From positions 1-59,056 of the forward strand of contig JAOUMU010000004.1 in the NCBI GenBank assembly GCA_029881335.1: a DNA stretch of 59,056 nucleotides, in the 5' to 3' direction. The position numbers and the translations under genes were made by a program. The stretch is from Nitrospinota bacterium (GTDB lineage Bacteria > Nitrospinota_A > UBA7883). Positions 1 through 10,595 of this stretch are shown one piece after another (the stretch's first letter is position 1; each line of letters opens with the position of its first letter). The notes under the pieces were generated by a model. That model was not told where the DNA came from. It did no database searches and was given only the letters and a program-made list of their open reading frames with translations.

Positions 1-1611
1 CCCGTCACCGGGGAGACCTGTAGCAACTGTGGAGAGGGCGGTGGTTCCCGCTGCTGGAAAAGCGCCCAGATCGAAAGAGCCTGCGGCTGTGCCGACCCAA
101 ACCTGATACAGCGTGGCGCCCACTGCTGCGTTCCACGCGAAGGTGACTGTGGTTCCTGGCAACGTGGAGCCAGGAGAGGGGGAGGCCATAACCGCTGGAT
201 TGACGATCAGGTTGATTCTTGGGCGGGATAATCCATTGCGCGCGTCCAGAACAGGCGTTCCTGCATTCTGGAAAGTGGAAAGCGCCTGGGCCACCGAGGC
301 GCCCGGGTTGGCGTGCCTGTATACCGCCCATGCGCCGGTCACATGCGGGGTGGCCATTGACGTGCCATTCCACGCCACGTATGAGCCGCCCGGATACGAC
401 GAATTGATGGAGGAGCCGGGCGCCAGAAGCTTTAGTATGGAAGCGCTATTGGAATATGAAGCGATAGCGTCCGCCTTGGTGGTGGCGCCCACGCTGATAG
501 CGGATGACACACAGGCAGGCCAACTGATGGAGGTGGATGAACCATCGTTACCAGAAGCTACCACCGTGGCGATATTCACCGAAGAAAGCGCGTCCGCCGC
601 AGCTTTAAAGGCGCCCCCGTCGGCGGTGTCGCAATTGGTGGTATACAATCCTCCACCCAGGCTAAGGTTCACGGAGGCGATAAAGTATGAGCCGCGAAGC
701 GCATATACCCTGTTCAGGCCGGCGACTATGTCCGAGCCGAATGCCGTGGTCCCACCGGACCATGTGTCGTAGGTGAACACCTGAATGGCGATTACGTTCG
801 CTCCCTTGGCAACTCCGCTAAACGACGCGTTGGTCCCCGCGGCGATGCCTGCCACATGCGTCCCATGGCCGCACCCTGCATAAGCCAGATTGCAGTTAAC
901 ACCCGCTCCCGCGCCCACCTGGGCTTGCGAGGCGTCAGGGCAAGTGGTGGCGTATCCAGAAGCAGCGTTATCGTAGGAGTAGCACGCTTCGGAAACAACC
1001 TTGCCGGTAAGAAAGGGGTGAGTTTTGTCCACCCCGGTGTCCAGTATGGCGACGGTCCATCCGGCGCCGGTGTAGCCATTCCCCCAAGCTATGTCGCCTT
1101 TGATCAGGGGAACACTTTGCGCAAGATTTGCTTTAACCGCTATATCCTCGGTCACGCTGCTCACCAGAGGATGGCGAATGAGGCCGTTGAGCGCGTTCTG
1201 GTTTACCATCAGCGCCATATAGGGGATGAACTGGAATTTTTTCACATGGGAATGATCCGCCGCCGCCAATGAGTTCAGAATCGTGTCCTGATCCCGGGCT
1301 ATGGCGGCCTCCTGGGCGGCTTGGGCCCCGGCGTTGAGATGTCCCGGAGGTGTGAACTGAGATGTAAGTCCCACGATGACCTTGACTGGTTCTCCGGCGG
1401 CGGCCCTGGCGATAAGCTTCGGATAGGCTTTTTGAAGACCATCGGCCTGACTGCGCGATACCAGGTCCGATTCTAGCGGTGGCGCATAATCCATCCGCTC
1501 TCCTCCGCCACACCCTTGGAACAGAAGAACAGCGCCGATCAGCGCCAGAAATAAGTTACGGAAGAAGGTACGGGAGCGATTTTTTATGCCTCTGATTGCT
1601 TTGGTACTCAT
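1..1611 (-). CDS. S8 family (subtilisin-like) serine peptidase, probable lipoprotein; 3' end runs off the window
   Basis: Translated by hand because it is absent from the ORF track. ATG at 1611 with a GGAG RBS, lipobox-like LLFQGC, and catalytic triad motifs AILDTGVD, HGTHVAGIA and NGTSMATPHV in one frame. Confidence 0.9.
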   Translation of the reverse strand, partial: MSTKAIRGIKNRSRTFFRNLFLALIGAVLLFQGCGGGERMDYAPPLESDLVSRSQADGLQKAYPKLIARAAAGEPVKVIVGLTSQFTPPGHLNAGAQAAQEAAIARDQDTILNSLAAADHSHVKKFQFIPYMALMVNQNALNGLIRHPLVSSVTEDIAVKANLAQSVPLIKGDIAWGNGYTGAGWTVAILDTGVDKTHPFLTGKVVSEACYSYDNAASGYATTCPDASQAQVGAGAGVNCNLAYAGCGHGTHVAGIAAGTNASFSGVAKGANVIAIQVFTYDTWSGGTTAFGSDIVAGLNRVYALRGSYFIASVNLSLGGGLYTTNCDTADGGAFKAAADALSSVNIATVVASGNDGSSTSISWPACVSSAISVGATTKADAIASYSNSASILKLLAPGSSINSSYPGGSYVAWNGTSMATPHVTGAWAVYRHANPGASVAQALSTFQNAGTPVLDARNGLSRPRINLIVNPAVMASPSPGSTLPGTTVTFAWNAAVGATLYQVWVGTAAGSFDLGAFPAAGTTALSTVATGLPGDG

Positions 1612-2119
1612 AACTCACTCCAATTCTTTTTATAAATATCCCACGTCCATACTACTTCGAAACTAAGGCACTAGCAGGGGGAATACAAGAAAATAAATCA
1701 CGGATAGACCACAAGTGTATTGTTATGTATGCATGCGGCTGGGTTCTGTTGGTTTCTGTCGTTAAACATGGCAACGGCAGTATCGATATGTGGTTCTTTG
1801 GGAAAAACATTAATGACTGCTCACGGGGGTTTCATTGAGATGATATTTGAATAATCCTTGGACGGGAGGGACGGATAACCATGTTGGTGTCGTCTGAAAG
1901 CAAATAGACTATAAATCTGATTGGCGCTCCCGGCTGGATTTACTCGGAGATCACCGCAGTCAAGGCGAGTTATTTGTTGATACTATCATCACAAGCCTGA
2001 TCCCCAGGGCAAAATCAGAATCACCCCATTCCATCTTTATTCGTTTCCCCGTATAATTCGCCTTATTCTATCGATTATCGATTCTGGGCCGGGATGCGGC
2101 CGAAGGGAACAGACGCTGT

Positions 2120-3496
2120 ATGGATGAAAACGCCGAGGCTGGTGGATTTCTGATTCAACTGCAGGGAACACTTGACGCCACATCCAGTTTTCTGTGGGGT
2201 CCTCCGCTTATCGTCCTGATCCTGGGGGTGGGGCTATACCTGACCTTTTTGTTGCGTGGGATTCAGTTCACCTTTCTGGGGCAAGCCCTGTACATGGGCC
2301 TTGTGAAGCGTACGGAGCGCGACGGCGATGGCGACATCTCCCACTTCCAGGCCCTTATGACCGCGCTTTCCGCCACGGTGGGGACGGGAAACATCGTGGG
2401 CGTAGCCACCGCCATCATGCTTGGCGGGCCGGGCGCCGTCTTCTGGATGTGGATGACCGGGCTGGTGGGGATGGCCACAAAGTTCTCCGAGGCGGTGCTG
2501 GCGGTCAAGTATCGCTATAAGGACGAGAAGGGGAACATGCTCGGTGGCCCCATGACATATATCGCCGCCATAGGGCCCCATCCGGTGTGGAGCTGGATGG
2601 CCATGGCGTTTGCCCTTTTCGCGGCTATCGCCTCCTTTGGCATCGGAAACATGGTGCAGGCCCATTCCGTGGCGGACACGTTGGATGGCGCGTTTGGCCT
2701 GCCCAGGGTGTGGACCGGTGTCGGGATGGCGGCACTCACCGCCATGGTGATCCTGGGAGGGATAAAGTCGATCGGACGGGTGACCTCGGCCATCGTACCG
2801 GTCATGATTTTCATCTACGTGGGCGCGGCGCTGTATATCCTGGTGTCGATGGTGGACGGGATACCGGCCGTTATCGGGCTTATCTTCGAGAGCGCTTTCA
2901 CTCCCGCCGCAGGGGCGGGAGGTTTTGCATGGGCTGCGTTGCGCTGGGGCGTGGCCCGGGGGATTTTCTCCAACGAGTCGGGGCTCGGCTCCTCCCCAAT
3001 CGCCGCCGCAGCAGCGAAAACCAATGAGCCTGTCGCCCAGGCTCTGGTCTCCATGACGCAGACCTTCATAGACACCCTGGTGGTGTGCACCATGACAGCG
3101 TTCGTGATCCTGCTCACCGGCGCCCACCTCAACGGGCTGGAAGGGGGCCAGGTGACCACATCCGCTTTCTCCGCAGCGTTGGGAGCCGACATGGGCGAGG
3201 GACTGGTGGCGGTGGCGCTGGCTTTCTTCGCCTATTCCACGGTGCTGGGCTGGAGCTATTATGGAGAGCGGGCTACCGAATCGCTGGTTGGATTGTGGGG
3301 AGTGCTTCCCTACAGGCTGGTATATTGCGCTCTGGTGTATGTGGGAGCAAACCTGGATCTTTCCGTAGTGTGGGCCTTTTGCGATATCACGAACGCCCTG
3401 ATGGCCTTGCCAAACCTTGTGGCCCTGGTGATGCTCTCCCCCGTTGTCCGGGCGGAGACGGTGCGCTATATTAAAGGGAAAAAATGGACACAGTGA
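2120..3496 (+). CDS. Alanine/glycine:cation symporter (AGCS family)
   Basis: [27 protein letters not shown] and [12 protein letters not shown] motifs; many transmembrane helices. Confidence 0.93.
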   Translation: MDENAEAGGFLIQLQGTLDATSSFLWGPPLIVLILGVGLYLTFLLRGIQFTFLGQALYMGLVKRTERDGDGDISHFQALMTALSATVGTGNIVGVATAIMLGGPGAVFWMWMTGLVGMATKFSEAVLAVKYRYKDEKGNMLGGPMTYIAAIGPHPVWSWMAMAFALFAAIASFGIGNMVQAHSVADTLDGAFGLPRVWTGVGMAALTAMVILGGIKSIGRVTSAIVPVMIFIYVGAALYILVSMVDGIPAVIGLIFESAFTPAAGAGGFAWAALRWGVARGIFSNESGLGSSPIAAAAAKTNEPVAQALVSMTQTFIDTLVVCTMTAFVILLTGAHLNGLEGGQVTTSAFSAALGADMGEGLVAVALAFFAYSTVLGWSYYGERATESLVGLWGVLPYRLVYCALVYVGANLDLSVVWAFCDITNALMALPNLVALVMLSPVVRAETVRYIKGKKWTQ

Positions 3497-3542
3497 GGGG
3501 GCCAACGGTTCCTGGAAACTTTTATCTTTGGGGAGTGAGGAA

Positions 3543-5072
3543 ATGGCTGAGCGGATGATGGTAATCGGCGGCGCGAATGGGGAGCGGCACGAAATTAACG
3601 CTTCCATGGCGGTGCGGCACGGGATGATCGCCGGGGCCACGGGAACTGGGAAGACTGTCACTTTGCAGACTTTGGCGGAGAGCTTTTCCCGCATGGGTGT
3701 TCCTGTGTTCATGGCGGATGTGAAGGGAGACCTCTCCGGTCTGGCGGAGGCGGGGATGGAAAATCCAAAGATAACAGACAGGCTGGGCCATATGGGGCTA
3801 TCCGGCTTTCGTGGCTCTGGCTGCCCCACTCTATTCTGGGACCTGGATGGGACTAAAGGCCACCCGGTGAGAACCACCATCTCGGAGATGGGTCCCCTTC
3901 TTTTAGCCAGCGCCCTTGGCCTGAATGAGACCCAGACCGGAGTATTGTACACCTGCTTCCGGGTGGCGGACGACAACGGGCTGTTGCTGCTGGATATAAA
4001 GGATTTGCGGGCGATGTTGAAATATGTTTCGGAAAACTCCAAGGACCTGGCCGAGGATTACGGCCTTGTCTCCACCGCCAGCGTGGGCGCCATCGGTCGC
4101 CAGCTTTTGATCCTGGAGGATCAGGGGGCGGGGGGATTTTTTGGCGAGCCGGCCCTGGTTATCGGCGACCTCATGATCCGCGATTTTTCCGGCAACGGCG
4201 TAATTAATATACTGGACGCCACCCGGCTTGTCTCCGCTTCTCCCCGGCTCTATTCCATATTCCTGTTGTGGCTTCTGTCAGAGCTTTTCGAGAACCTTCC
4301 GGAAGCTGGCGAGGTGGAACTGCCGAAGCTTGTTTTCTTCTTTGACGAGGCGCACCTGCTGTTCGACCAGGCGCCCAAGGCCCTGCTGGAGAAGATAGAA
4401 CAGATGGCCCGGCTGATCCGCTCCAAGGGGGTGGGGATATTCTTTATCAGCCAAAGCCCCCTGGATGTGCCCGATGAAGTGCTGGGTCAGCTGGGGATGA
4501 AAATACTCCATGCCCTGCGCGCGTTTACTCCAAAGGACCGCAAGACGATCAGGGCGGTGGCCGAGTCGTTTCCTGGAAATCCGGATCTAGACGTGGAAGA
4601 AGCGATAACCCAACTGGGAGTGGGAGAGGCGCTGGTTTCCTCCCTGGATCGCTCCGGCAAGCCGACACCTGTGAAGCGGTTGTTAATCAAGCCGCCTGAA
4701 TCGCGGATGGGGCCTCTGGAGGATAAGGAGAGGGAGGAAAAGATCAGCCACTCTCCCATGAAAGCAAAATATGAGGTTTTGATAGACCGAGAATCGGCAT
4801 ATGAGATTCTGCAGAAGAAAGCGGAAGAAAAGGACCGGATGGAGGAAGAGGCAATGCGGCAGGAGGAGGAGCGGGAAGCCGAGCGAAAAGAAGAGAAGGC
4901 CTCAAAACCCGCAAAGCAGGGTAGGTCCAGGCAAGGCGTTGGTGAGGCGTTCTTTAAAAGCGCCGCCCGCTCCATCGGCAGCCAGGTGGGGCGGAGCATA
5001 GTCAAGGCGGCGTTTGGCAAGAGTATATCCAGGGGCTTGCTAGGTTCGATATTGGGCGGGCTTGGCAGATAG
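3543..5072 (+). CDS. yjgR: HerA-like/DUF853 family ATPase (YjgR-like)
   Basis: [14 protein letters not shown] Walker [11 protein letters not shown] Walker [10 protein letters not shown]; start placed at ATG 3543 after a GAGG RBS. Confidence 0.88.
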   Translation: MAERMMVIGGANGERHEINASMAVRHGMIAGATGTGKTVTLQTLAESFSRMGVPVFMADVKGDLSGLAEAGMENPKITDRLGHMGLSGFRGSGCPTLFWDLDGTKGHPVRTTISEMGPLLLASALGLNETQTGVLYTCFRVADDNGLLLLDIKDLRAMLKYVSENSKDLAEDYGLVSTASVGAIGRQLLILEDQGAGGFFGEPALVIGDLMIRDFSGNGVINILDATRLVSASPRLYSIFLLWLLSELFENLPEAGEVELPKLVFFFDEAHLLFDQAPKALLEKIEQMARLIRSKGVGIFFISQSPLDVPDEVLGQLGMKILHALRAFTPKDRKTIRAVAESFPGNPDLDVEEAITQLGVGEALVSSLDRSGKPTPVKRLLIKPPESRMGPLEDKEREEKISHSPMKAKYEVLIDRESAYEILQKKAEEKDRMEEEAMRQEEEREAERKEEKASKPAKQGRSRQGVGEAFFKSAARSIGSQVGRSIVKAAFGKSISRGLLGSILGGLGR

Positions 5073-5292
5073 GGACCTCGATATGACCATCGGTTTTCCT
5101 GTTTTGATCAACGGGATCATATCTGGTATGAGCCTGCCTTTTGGCCCAGGCGGTTTTTTGGCTGGGCATGCCTTGAATATTGTTTCCCAGCCTGTCGCAA
5201 AATGTTATATTTGAACGGAGGAAATGGGAAACGGATGATCCGCCTGTTATGGGTCGATCCCGCCAAATAAGCAGTATCAGCGAAATCATTGA

Positions 5293-6912
5293 ATGAGTAT
5301 CGACAAAACCTTAGTTATTGGAAGCCAGTTGGAGTCCTCCGGTTCTGGCAAACCTGAGAATGTGGATGTAGAACCGGGCGCCATCCTTGCCAACAGATAC
5401 AAAATCATCTCGAAGCTGGGTGAAGGTGGCATGGGTGTCGTGTATCAGGGGATGGATACCCAGTTGGAGCGCTTGGTGGCCATAAAGCTTTTGAAGAGAA
5501 AACTGAGCGAGGATCCCAAGGCCATAGAGAACCTGAAACAGGAAGCCCAGGTCTCCATGATCCTCACTCATCCTGGGATAATGCGGCTGATCAATTTCGA
5601 ACATCATGGCAACTTTGCCTTCCTGCTGGTGGAGCTGGTTGACGGAATGGATCTGAAGACCATCGCCAAAAGAAGAGGGGGCAAGCTGGACTCCAAGACC
5701 ACCGCCAATATCTCTTACAAACTATGCGCCGCTTTGGAGTACGCCCATAAAAATAACGTTATTCACCGGGATATTAAGCCGGCCAATATAATGATCAGCT
5801 CTAAAAAGGAAGTGAAGCTGATGGATTTCGGCATCGCCAAGGTGCTGCTGGCGGGAGATGGGGCGCGGCCCCAACTGGCCGGAACCTTGGCCTATCTGGC
5901 GCCGGAACTGATCGAAGGGGCCAAGCCGGACGCCCGATGCGATATCTACGCCCTCGGGCTTACCATGTACGAGCTTCTGGCCGGGGAACATCCATACAAG
6001 GGAATGAACGCGCAGCAGGTTGTGAAAGCGCATATAAACGACGATCCTCCCCCCATAGAAGGGGTGGACAGGGAGCTTTTCAACATAGTCTCCCAATGCA
6101 TAGAGAAAAAACCTAACGCCCGGTTCCAGACTGTGGGGGATCTGCGGGGGGCCTTGGCCAAATACCTGGGGCTTGACGAGTCCTACAAAGTGTCCCGCAT
6201 GAAAGCCACCATGGAGCACGAGAAGCGCAAGCTGGAGATCGAGCAGCAGAAGGTGGCGGCAAAGCTGGAAATGCTGCAAACGGAAATGAAAAGGATCGAA
6301 AGCAGGCCGACTGTCTCTGAGGATGCCGGGCCCGGGTTTTCGTTGTTTGGATATTCCAAAGAAGGTGTCAAGGTCCAGCTCCCATTTATGTTGATCGCCA
6401 TAGCGGCGGCCTCCGGGGTGGGAGGCGCCATTCTGGGGGAGAAGACACAAACTGGCATTCTGTATGACGCAGGCTCTGACGAGGCCAACATGACCGCAGC
6501 CATGGCGATAATGGGCGCCATGGCCCTCATGCCTCCGTCAGTCTTCAAGTATGGAGCCGCCGAATGGTTCAGGTCCGCCGCCATCGGCGCAGTGACCGGT
6601 ATCGTCTGCTTCTACATGTGGATCCATTCATATCCTTTCGGGCTCGCTCTTTCCAATCCCGCCCACTATCTTTTTTTCGGGATCGTTCTTTCGATCGGCG
6701 CGGTGCTGTGCGAGCCGGAAGGGGCGAATATGGATCGTGTGATGCGATTCGCCCCCATAACATTAATGGCGATGGCGTTGAGTTCCCTTACTTCCCTGGG
6801 ACATATGGAACTTGCTTTGAAATTCACGTCGGATAAAGCCAATATTTTCTTTCTTCCTGTCTTGTCCGCCTCCATCTGGGCGGCGTTGGACATCAGGGAG
6901 CAGAGATCCTGA
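5293..6912 (+). CDS. Hanks-type Ser/Thr protein kinase with coiled coil and C-terminal multi-TM domain
   Basis: LGEGGMGVVY, VAIK, HRDIKPAN, DFG and GTLAYLAPE motifs; hydrophobic C-terminal third. Confidence 0.92.
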   Translation: MSIDKTLVIGSQLESSGSGKPENVDVEPGAILANRYKIISKLGEGGMGVVYQGMDTQLERLVAIKLLKRKLSEDPKAIENLKQEAQVSMILTHPGIMRLINFEHHGNFAFLLVELVDGMDLKTIAKRRGGKLDSKTTANISYKLCAALEYAHKNNVIHRDIKPANIMISSKKEVKLMDFGIAKVLLAGDGARPQLAGTLAYLAPELIEGAKPDARCDIYALGLTMYELLAGEHPYKGMNAQQVVKAHINDDPPPIEGVDRELFNIVSQCIEKKPNARFQTVGDLRGALAKYLGLDESYKVSRMKATMEHEKRKLEIEQQKVAAKLEMLQTEMKRIESRPTVSEDAGPGFSLFGYSKEGVKVQLPFMLIAIAAASGVGGAILGEKTQTGILYDAGSDEANMTAAMAIMGAMALMPPSVFKYGAAEWFRSAAIGAVTGIVCFYMWIHSYPFGLALSNPAHYLFFGIVLSIGAVLCEPEGANMDRVMRFAPITLMAMALSSLTSLGHMELALKFTSDKANIFFLPVLSASIWAALDIREQRS

Positions 6913-6949
6913 TACGCCGACTTTTCACAAGGAACGGCGCAAAAACTTA

Positions 6950-7519
6950 ATGGTTAGGTTCTTCATGTTTGTATTTTCAGATTGGACCAGGTGGCTAGGC
7001 TCTGGGGTGGCTGCTGTATTGATACTGGTGGCCACATCCTCCGGAGCAGGCTGGGCGCAGGAGAAGGGGAAATTTTCCGAAGAGCTTTTCATCTCTATCC
7101 AGCGGGAAATGATATGCTTGTGCGGATGCAAATCGATCCTAAAAGATTGCCCGCATGTGAATTGCGACTACGCCATCCCCGCCAAAAAGAAGATCCGGGA
7201 GATGCTCATTGAGGGGAAGACCAGGGACCAGATACTGGCCGAATTCGTCCGTGAAAGAGGAGAGCAGGCCCTGGCCGCGCCGACAAAGGAAGGATTCAAC
7301 ATTCTGGGGTATATCCTTCCCTTCATCGCCATACTTGCGGCGGGATATGGTGTGTCCATTATCGCCATGCGCTGGGCTGGAGGCAAGGCGGCCCGAGAGC
7401 CCGAGATCCGGGAAAGGGACACCGAGCAGGAAGACTTGCAGATCCACCAAGGGCAAGGGCAGGCTTCAGATGAAATTGCAGAAAGATTGAAAAAGGAACT
7501 AGAGGAGTTCGACTCTTGA
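6950..7519 (+). CDS. ccmH: Cytochrome c maturation protein CcmH/NrfF-like
   Basis: Signal peptide, CLCGC...CPHVNC Cys cluster, GKTRDQILAEFVRERGEQALAAP, then a TM helix. Confidence 0.75.
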   Translation: MVRFFMFVFSDWTRWLGSGVAAVLILVATSSGAGWAQEKGKFSEELFISIQREMICLCGCKSILKDCPHVNCDYAIPAKKKIREMLIEGKTRDQILAEFVRERGEQALAAPTKEGFNILGYILPFIAILAAGYGVSIIAMRWAGGKAAREPEIRERDTEQEDLQIHQGQGQASDEIAERLKKELEEFDS

Positions 7520-7546
7520 TGATTTCCCCAGGAAGGTTTTGAAGTT

Positions 7547-7948
7547 ATGGGTATTTTCATCGCGGAAATCGCGATATTGCTGATAGTTCTGGCGGTGGTG
7601 GCTTTTCCTCTGTTGGGAAACGTCGCGGGCCAATCCGCCCCGGAGCTTATGGAAAACGAGCTTTCCGACCTGTTGTACAGGAAGGAAGCGGCGTACACCG
7701 CTTTAAAGGATCTGGATTTTGATATGCGAACCGGCAAAATCGGCCAGGAGGACTACGATGGGATGAAGCGTAGCCTGGAAGCCGAGGCGATCAGTCTGCT
7801 GGGGATTATCGACAGTATCGCAAAAGGGAAAGCGACAACCGCCGTTGATGGCAAGACGGACAGGAAGAGGGGGAAATTCTGCCCCGAATGCGGGGCCAGG
7901 GTGGAGAAAACCCACAAGTTCTGCCCCGAGTGCGCCAACAAGCTCTAG
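7547..7948 (+). CDS. Membrane-anchored protein with CcmI-N-like helix and C-terminal zinc ribbon
   Basis: N-terminal TM, LKDLDFDMRTGKIGQEDY segment, two FCPEC knuckles. Confidence 0.7.
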   Translation: MGIFIAEIAILLIVLAVVAFPLLGNVAGQSAPELMENELSDLLYRKEAAYTALKDLDFDMRTGKIGQEDYDGMKRSLEAEAISLLGIIDSIAKGKATTAVDGKTDRKRGKFCPECGARVEKTHKFCPECANKL

Positions 7949-7977
7949 CCCCAGGCTACGCCGGAGAATATGACCTT

Positions 7978-8508
7978 TTACCCGGTTTCCTTGCTGGTCA
8001 CAATTTTGGCTATTACCGAGTCATCTTGCGCCATGGCGTAGACCCACACGGCAGCGCCCCCATTTTTCGCCGTCCACTTGGCAGAAGCCATTCCTTCCAA
8101 CGGCGCCATTTCCGCCATGGCCCAGTCCTTGGCGGGGAACCCCGCCGCGAACCTCCCCATAAGGTCGTCCAGGGTTATTTTCGCAAATAAGGTGACTGAA
8201 TTTTCGTGCACCCCCGCCACGAAATTGTCTACCCTGGCCCCTGGAATGACGGGCAACGCGATACTGGAAAGCTGATCCTCCCCGCTCAACTTGCCGCCAA
8301 AGGAGAGGATGTATTCCTTGCCGTTGAAATGAAAAGAGGCCTTTTTCTCTCTGTATGGAGCCTGTCCGGCCTCGGCGCCGCGTTTATCATTTCCTGGGTC
8401 CTTTTCCTGCTCTGGCGCCTGGGAAACTGGCCCGGAACATGCCGCAACCAGCAAAGCCATGATCAGGGCCGCCTTTGCCGGTCTTGGCGGTTCAATCGTT
8501 TTTTTCAA
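7978..8508 (-). CDS. Hypothetical lipoprotein
   Basis: Lipobox LVAAC. TTG start at 8508 overlaps the end of the upstream Crp gene; alternative ATG at 8460. Confidence 0.55.
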   Translation of the reverse strand: MKKTIEPPRPAKAALIMALLVAACSGPVSQAPEQEKDPGNDKRGAEAGQAPYREKKASFHFNGKEYILSFGGKLSGEDQLSSIALPVIPGARVDNFVAGVHENSVTLFAKITLDDLMGRFAAGFPAKDWAMAEMAPLEGMASAKWTAKNGGAAVWVYAMAQDDSVIAKIVTSKETG

Positions 8509-9172
8509 CAAAGCTCTTGTCGACAAATAAAGATCCATCCCTGATTTCGACCATCCGCTCGTCAATGAGCAGATGTATCGCGCGGTACACGGTTTTTTCA
8601 GAAACTCCCAGCCGCTGGGATATATTGCGGTGGGTAGGCTTTTTCTTGATTCTATATTGTTCACCGAACAGCTCTCCCGACTTCACAGCCAGTGATTTGA
8701 TAAAGTTTGACACACGCTCGGCCCCGTCCATGGTTCCAAGCCTTTCAATTATCGCGTTGGCCTCATTGAGCCGATCAATAAGGATCCGGGCCATGTTTAC
8801 ACCAATGGCTGGATAAAGGATCATAAGGTCCAGAAACTTTTCCCCGCCGATCCTGTATAGCAGGCATTTGTCCAGGGCCACTACGGTGGCGCTGCGCTGG
8901 GAATGGGAAAAGAGCGACATCTCCCCCACGATATCCCCCTGTCCGATGACGTACACAACGATTTCCTTGTTGTCGTCATTGTCAATGGTGATCTGCAGGG
9001 ACCCTCTGGCCAGAAAATATAATTCGGAGCCCTGGTCCTTGCGGTAGAAAAGGTATCCCCCCTTGTCCAGATTAACAGGAGTGAGGCTCCGGCCCACATC
9101 CTCCTTTTCTTTTTCGGAAAGGCCATTGAGGACCAGGACGCCATTTAACAATGAGCCCTTGATCATGACCAT
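8492..9172 (-). CDS. Crp/Fnr family transcriptional regulator
   Basis: cNMP-binding domain (GEMSLF...RSA) and C-terminal HTH (THRNISQRLGVSEKTVYR). Confidence 0.9.
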   Translation of the reverse strand: MVMIKGSLLNGVLVLNGLSEKEKEDVGRSLTPVNLDKGGYLFYRKDQGSELYFLARGSLQITIDNDDNKEIVVYVIGQGDIVGEMSLFSHSQRSATVVALDKCLLYRIGGEKFLDLMILYPAIGVNMARILIDRLNEANAIIERLGTMDGAERVSNFIKSLAVKSGELFGEQYRIKKKPTHRNISQRLGVSEKTVYRAIHLLIDERMVEIRDGSLFVDKSFVEKND

Positions 9173-9212
9173 TCCCGCTGACGAGCCACCGGGGATACAG
9201 CGGCATCGTAGG

Positions 9213-9707
9213 TTAGTTGGAGAGAGCCTTCCCCACCATCAGAGCAGCCTTGTCCTTGCATATACCTTTTGCTTCCGCGATTTCGCTGACGATCAGCTCA
9301 TATGCGTTATCGAAAACTTGTTGCTCCACAAAGGAGAGGCCCTTGGATCCCTTCAGCTTGAACAGGGCTCTGTAAACGTGGGCCACATCTGAAAGGGCGC
9401 CGGTTTTTATCATTTCCAGGAAGCGTTTTTGGCGCTTGTTCCAGTTCGGCTCCACCTCCTCCAGTATCCCGTTTTCGAGAATGGACAGAATCTTGGGCAC
9501 ATCCCGTTTTGCGATGACTCCCCTCAATCCCAGAGAATCGGCCGTCCGGGTGGGCGCCATGATGGTCATGCCGCTTTTGCGAAGGCGAATGATATAGAAG
9601 GCATCGGCCATGCCAGCAAACTTAAGTTTTTCAATCTTTTCTATCGTTCCCAAACCGTGGGAAGGATAAACGACCTTTGTCCCGACTTTGAACTGCGCTA
9701 ATGACAT
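9213..9707 (-). CDS. carD: CarD/CdnL family transcription factor
   Basis: FKVGTKVVYPSHGLG N-terminus and NWNKR with the conserved Trp. Confidence 0.9.
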   Translation of the reverse strand: MSLAQFKVGTKVVYPSHGLGTIEKIEKLKFAGMADAFYIIRLRKSGMTIMAPTRTADSLGLRGVIAKRDVPKILSILENGILEEVEPNWNKRQKRFLEMIKTGALSDVAHVYRALFKLKGSKGLSFVEQQVFDNAYELIVSEIAEAKGICKDKAALMVGKALSN

Positions 9708-10121
9708 TATAAGATATACCCACCGAGCGGAAAAAACAAAATAAGTATAGCAGATACACCCAACCGCGTCAATTAATGCGCACTGCTTCCTCTTCTTTCA
9801 GACCTGTTTTCAGGTTAAAAAGCAGCCTAATCCCTTGGTAAGAAAGAGATTGCCGCTTTGATAATATATTTTGCGGCCGGGGGCGGGAATGCGGCCTTTG
9901 GCCCCTGATAATAGAATTGAAATTGCTAGCATTTCGCCGCCAGGGCTTCCCAGCAGAGCAGAATGGCTGACGCAAATGGGTCAGGCCACTGGTGGGCGCC
10001 GGGGGGGCTTGCCACAGGGGGCTTGCCTCATAAGGATTCCCTCGCCAGGCTCGATCAGGCTCATGTGGGCTCATGTTATGGCGGATCAGCTATTGAGCAG
10101 GAGAGGGTGATGGAAGGAGCG

Positions 10122-10158
10122 AAAATAAAAAAGCGGCCCGCATACATTTGCGGGCCGC
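10122..10158 (-). terminator. Intrinsic terminator of the small secreted repeat-protein gene
   Basis: Perfect 10-bp stem GCGGCCCGCA/TGCGGGCCGC (10133-10158) followed on the minus strand by TTTTTTATTTT. Confidence 0.8.
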
Positions 10159-10204
10159 CGGGTTTATAATGCGCGGGGCGCTTCACACACCTCGCAACCG
10201 GGTA

Positions 10205-10504
10205 CTACTTCTTGTGAAAGTTCCCGGCGTAGGGAAGACCATAAAGATCTCCTCCAAAATCGATCTTTTCGAACTTCATCTCGGTGTCATGCCCACCGCT
10301 CACGTGGGGCAGGCCATAGCCATCGGAGCCATAGTCAAGCTGTGGCTGTCCTTTATCCATATGTACATCGGATACATGAGGAAGCCCATACAGTTCCGCT
10401 CCGTTCATCCTGTCCCATGAAGCTGCGTAAACCGCCGTGGTAACCATTGTCATGAAAGCGCCAAGAACTATCGCCGCTGTGAATATCGACTTGATTAAAC
10501 TCAT
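10205..10504 (-). CDS. Small secreted protein with three YGLP(H/Y) repeats
   Basis: GGAGG RBS before ATG 10504, Sec signal ending VYA-A, three ~25-aa repeats, own terminator. Confidence 0.75.
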   Translation of the reverse strand: MSLIKSIFTAAIVLGAFMTMVTTAVYAASWDRMNGAELYGLPHVSDVHMDKGQPQLDYGSDGYGLPHVSGGHDTEMKFEKIDFGGDLYGLPYAGNFHKK

Positions 10505-10578
10505 ATCAACCTCCATCGCCATACTGGCGTCGCTATCTATCCAGAAGCCTGTCGGCTTCTTTTATAACCATTCTAATA

Positions 10579-10595
10579 TGCATGAGTGGCGCCAA
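10579..10595 (-). promoter_or_regulatory. Possible sigma54 -24/-12 promoter
   Basis: Minus strand TTGGCGCCACTCATGCA has exact GG-N10-GC spacing, ~75 bp upstream of ATG 10504; three mismatches to YTGGCACGNNNNTTGCW. Confidence 0.35.

Noticed and set aside
113-1272. Plus-strand ORFs 113..772 and 856..1272
   Set aside because: Antisense shadows of the minus-strand subtilase, which has a full catalytic triad
1612-2119. Possible glycine riboswitch upstream of the AGCS symporter
   Set aside because: Only a weak GGAGA..CACCG fragment; the remaining aptamer motifs are not visible. An Rfam scan would be decisive.
2234-4042. 602-aa minus-strand ORF
   Set aside because: Antisense to two well-supported genes and has no motifs
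9708-10121. GC-rich intergenic stretch as a possible ncRNA or small ORF
   Set aside because: No recognisable 6S, SRP or riboswitch structure and no credible ORF
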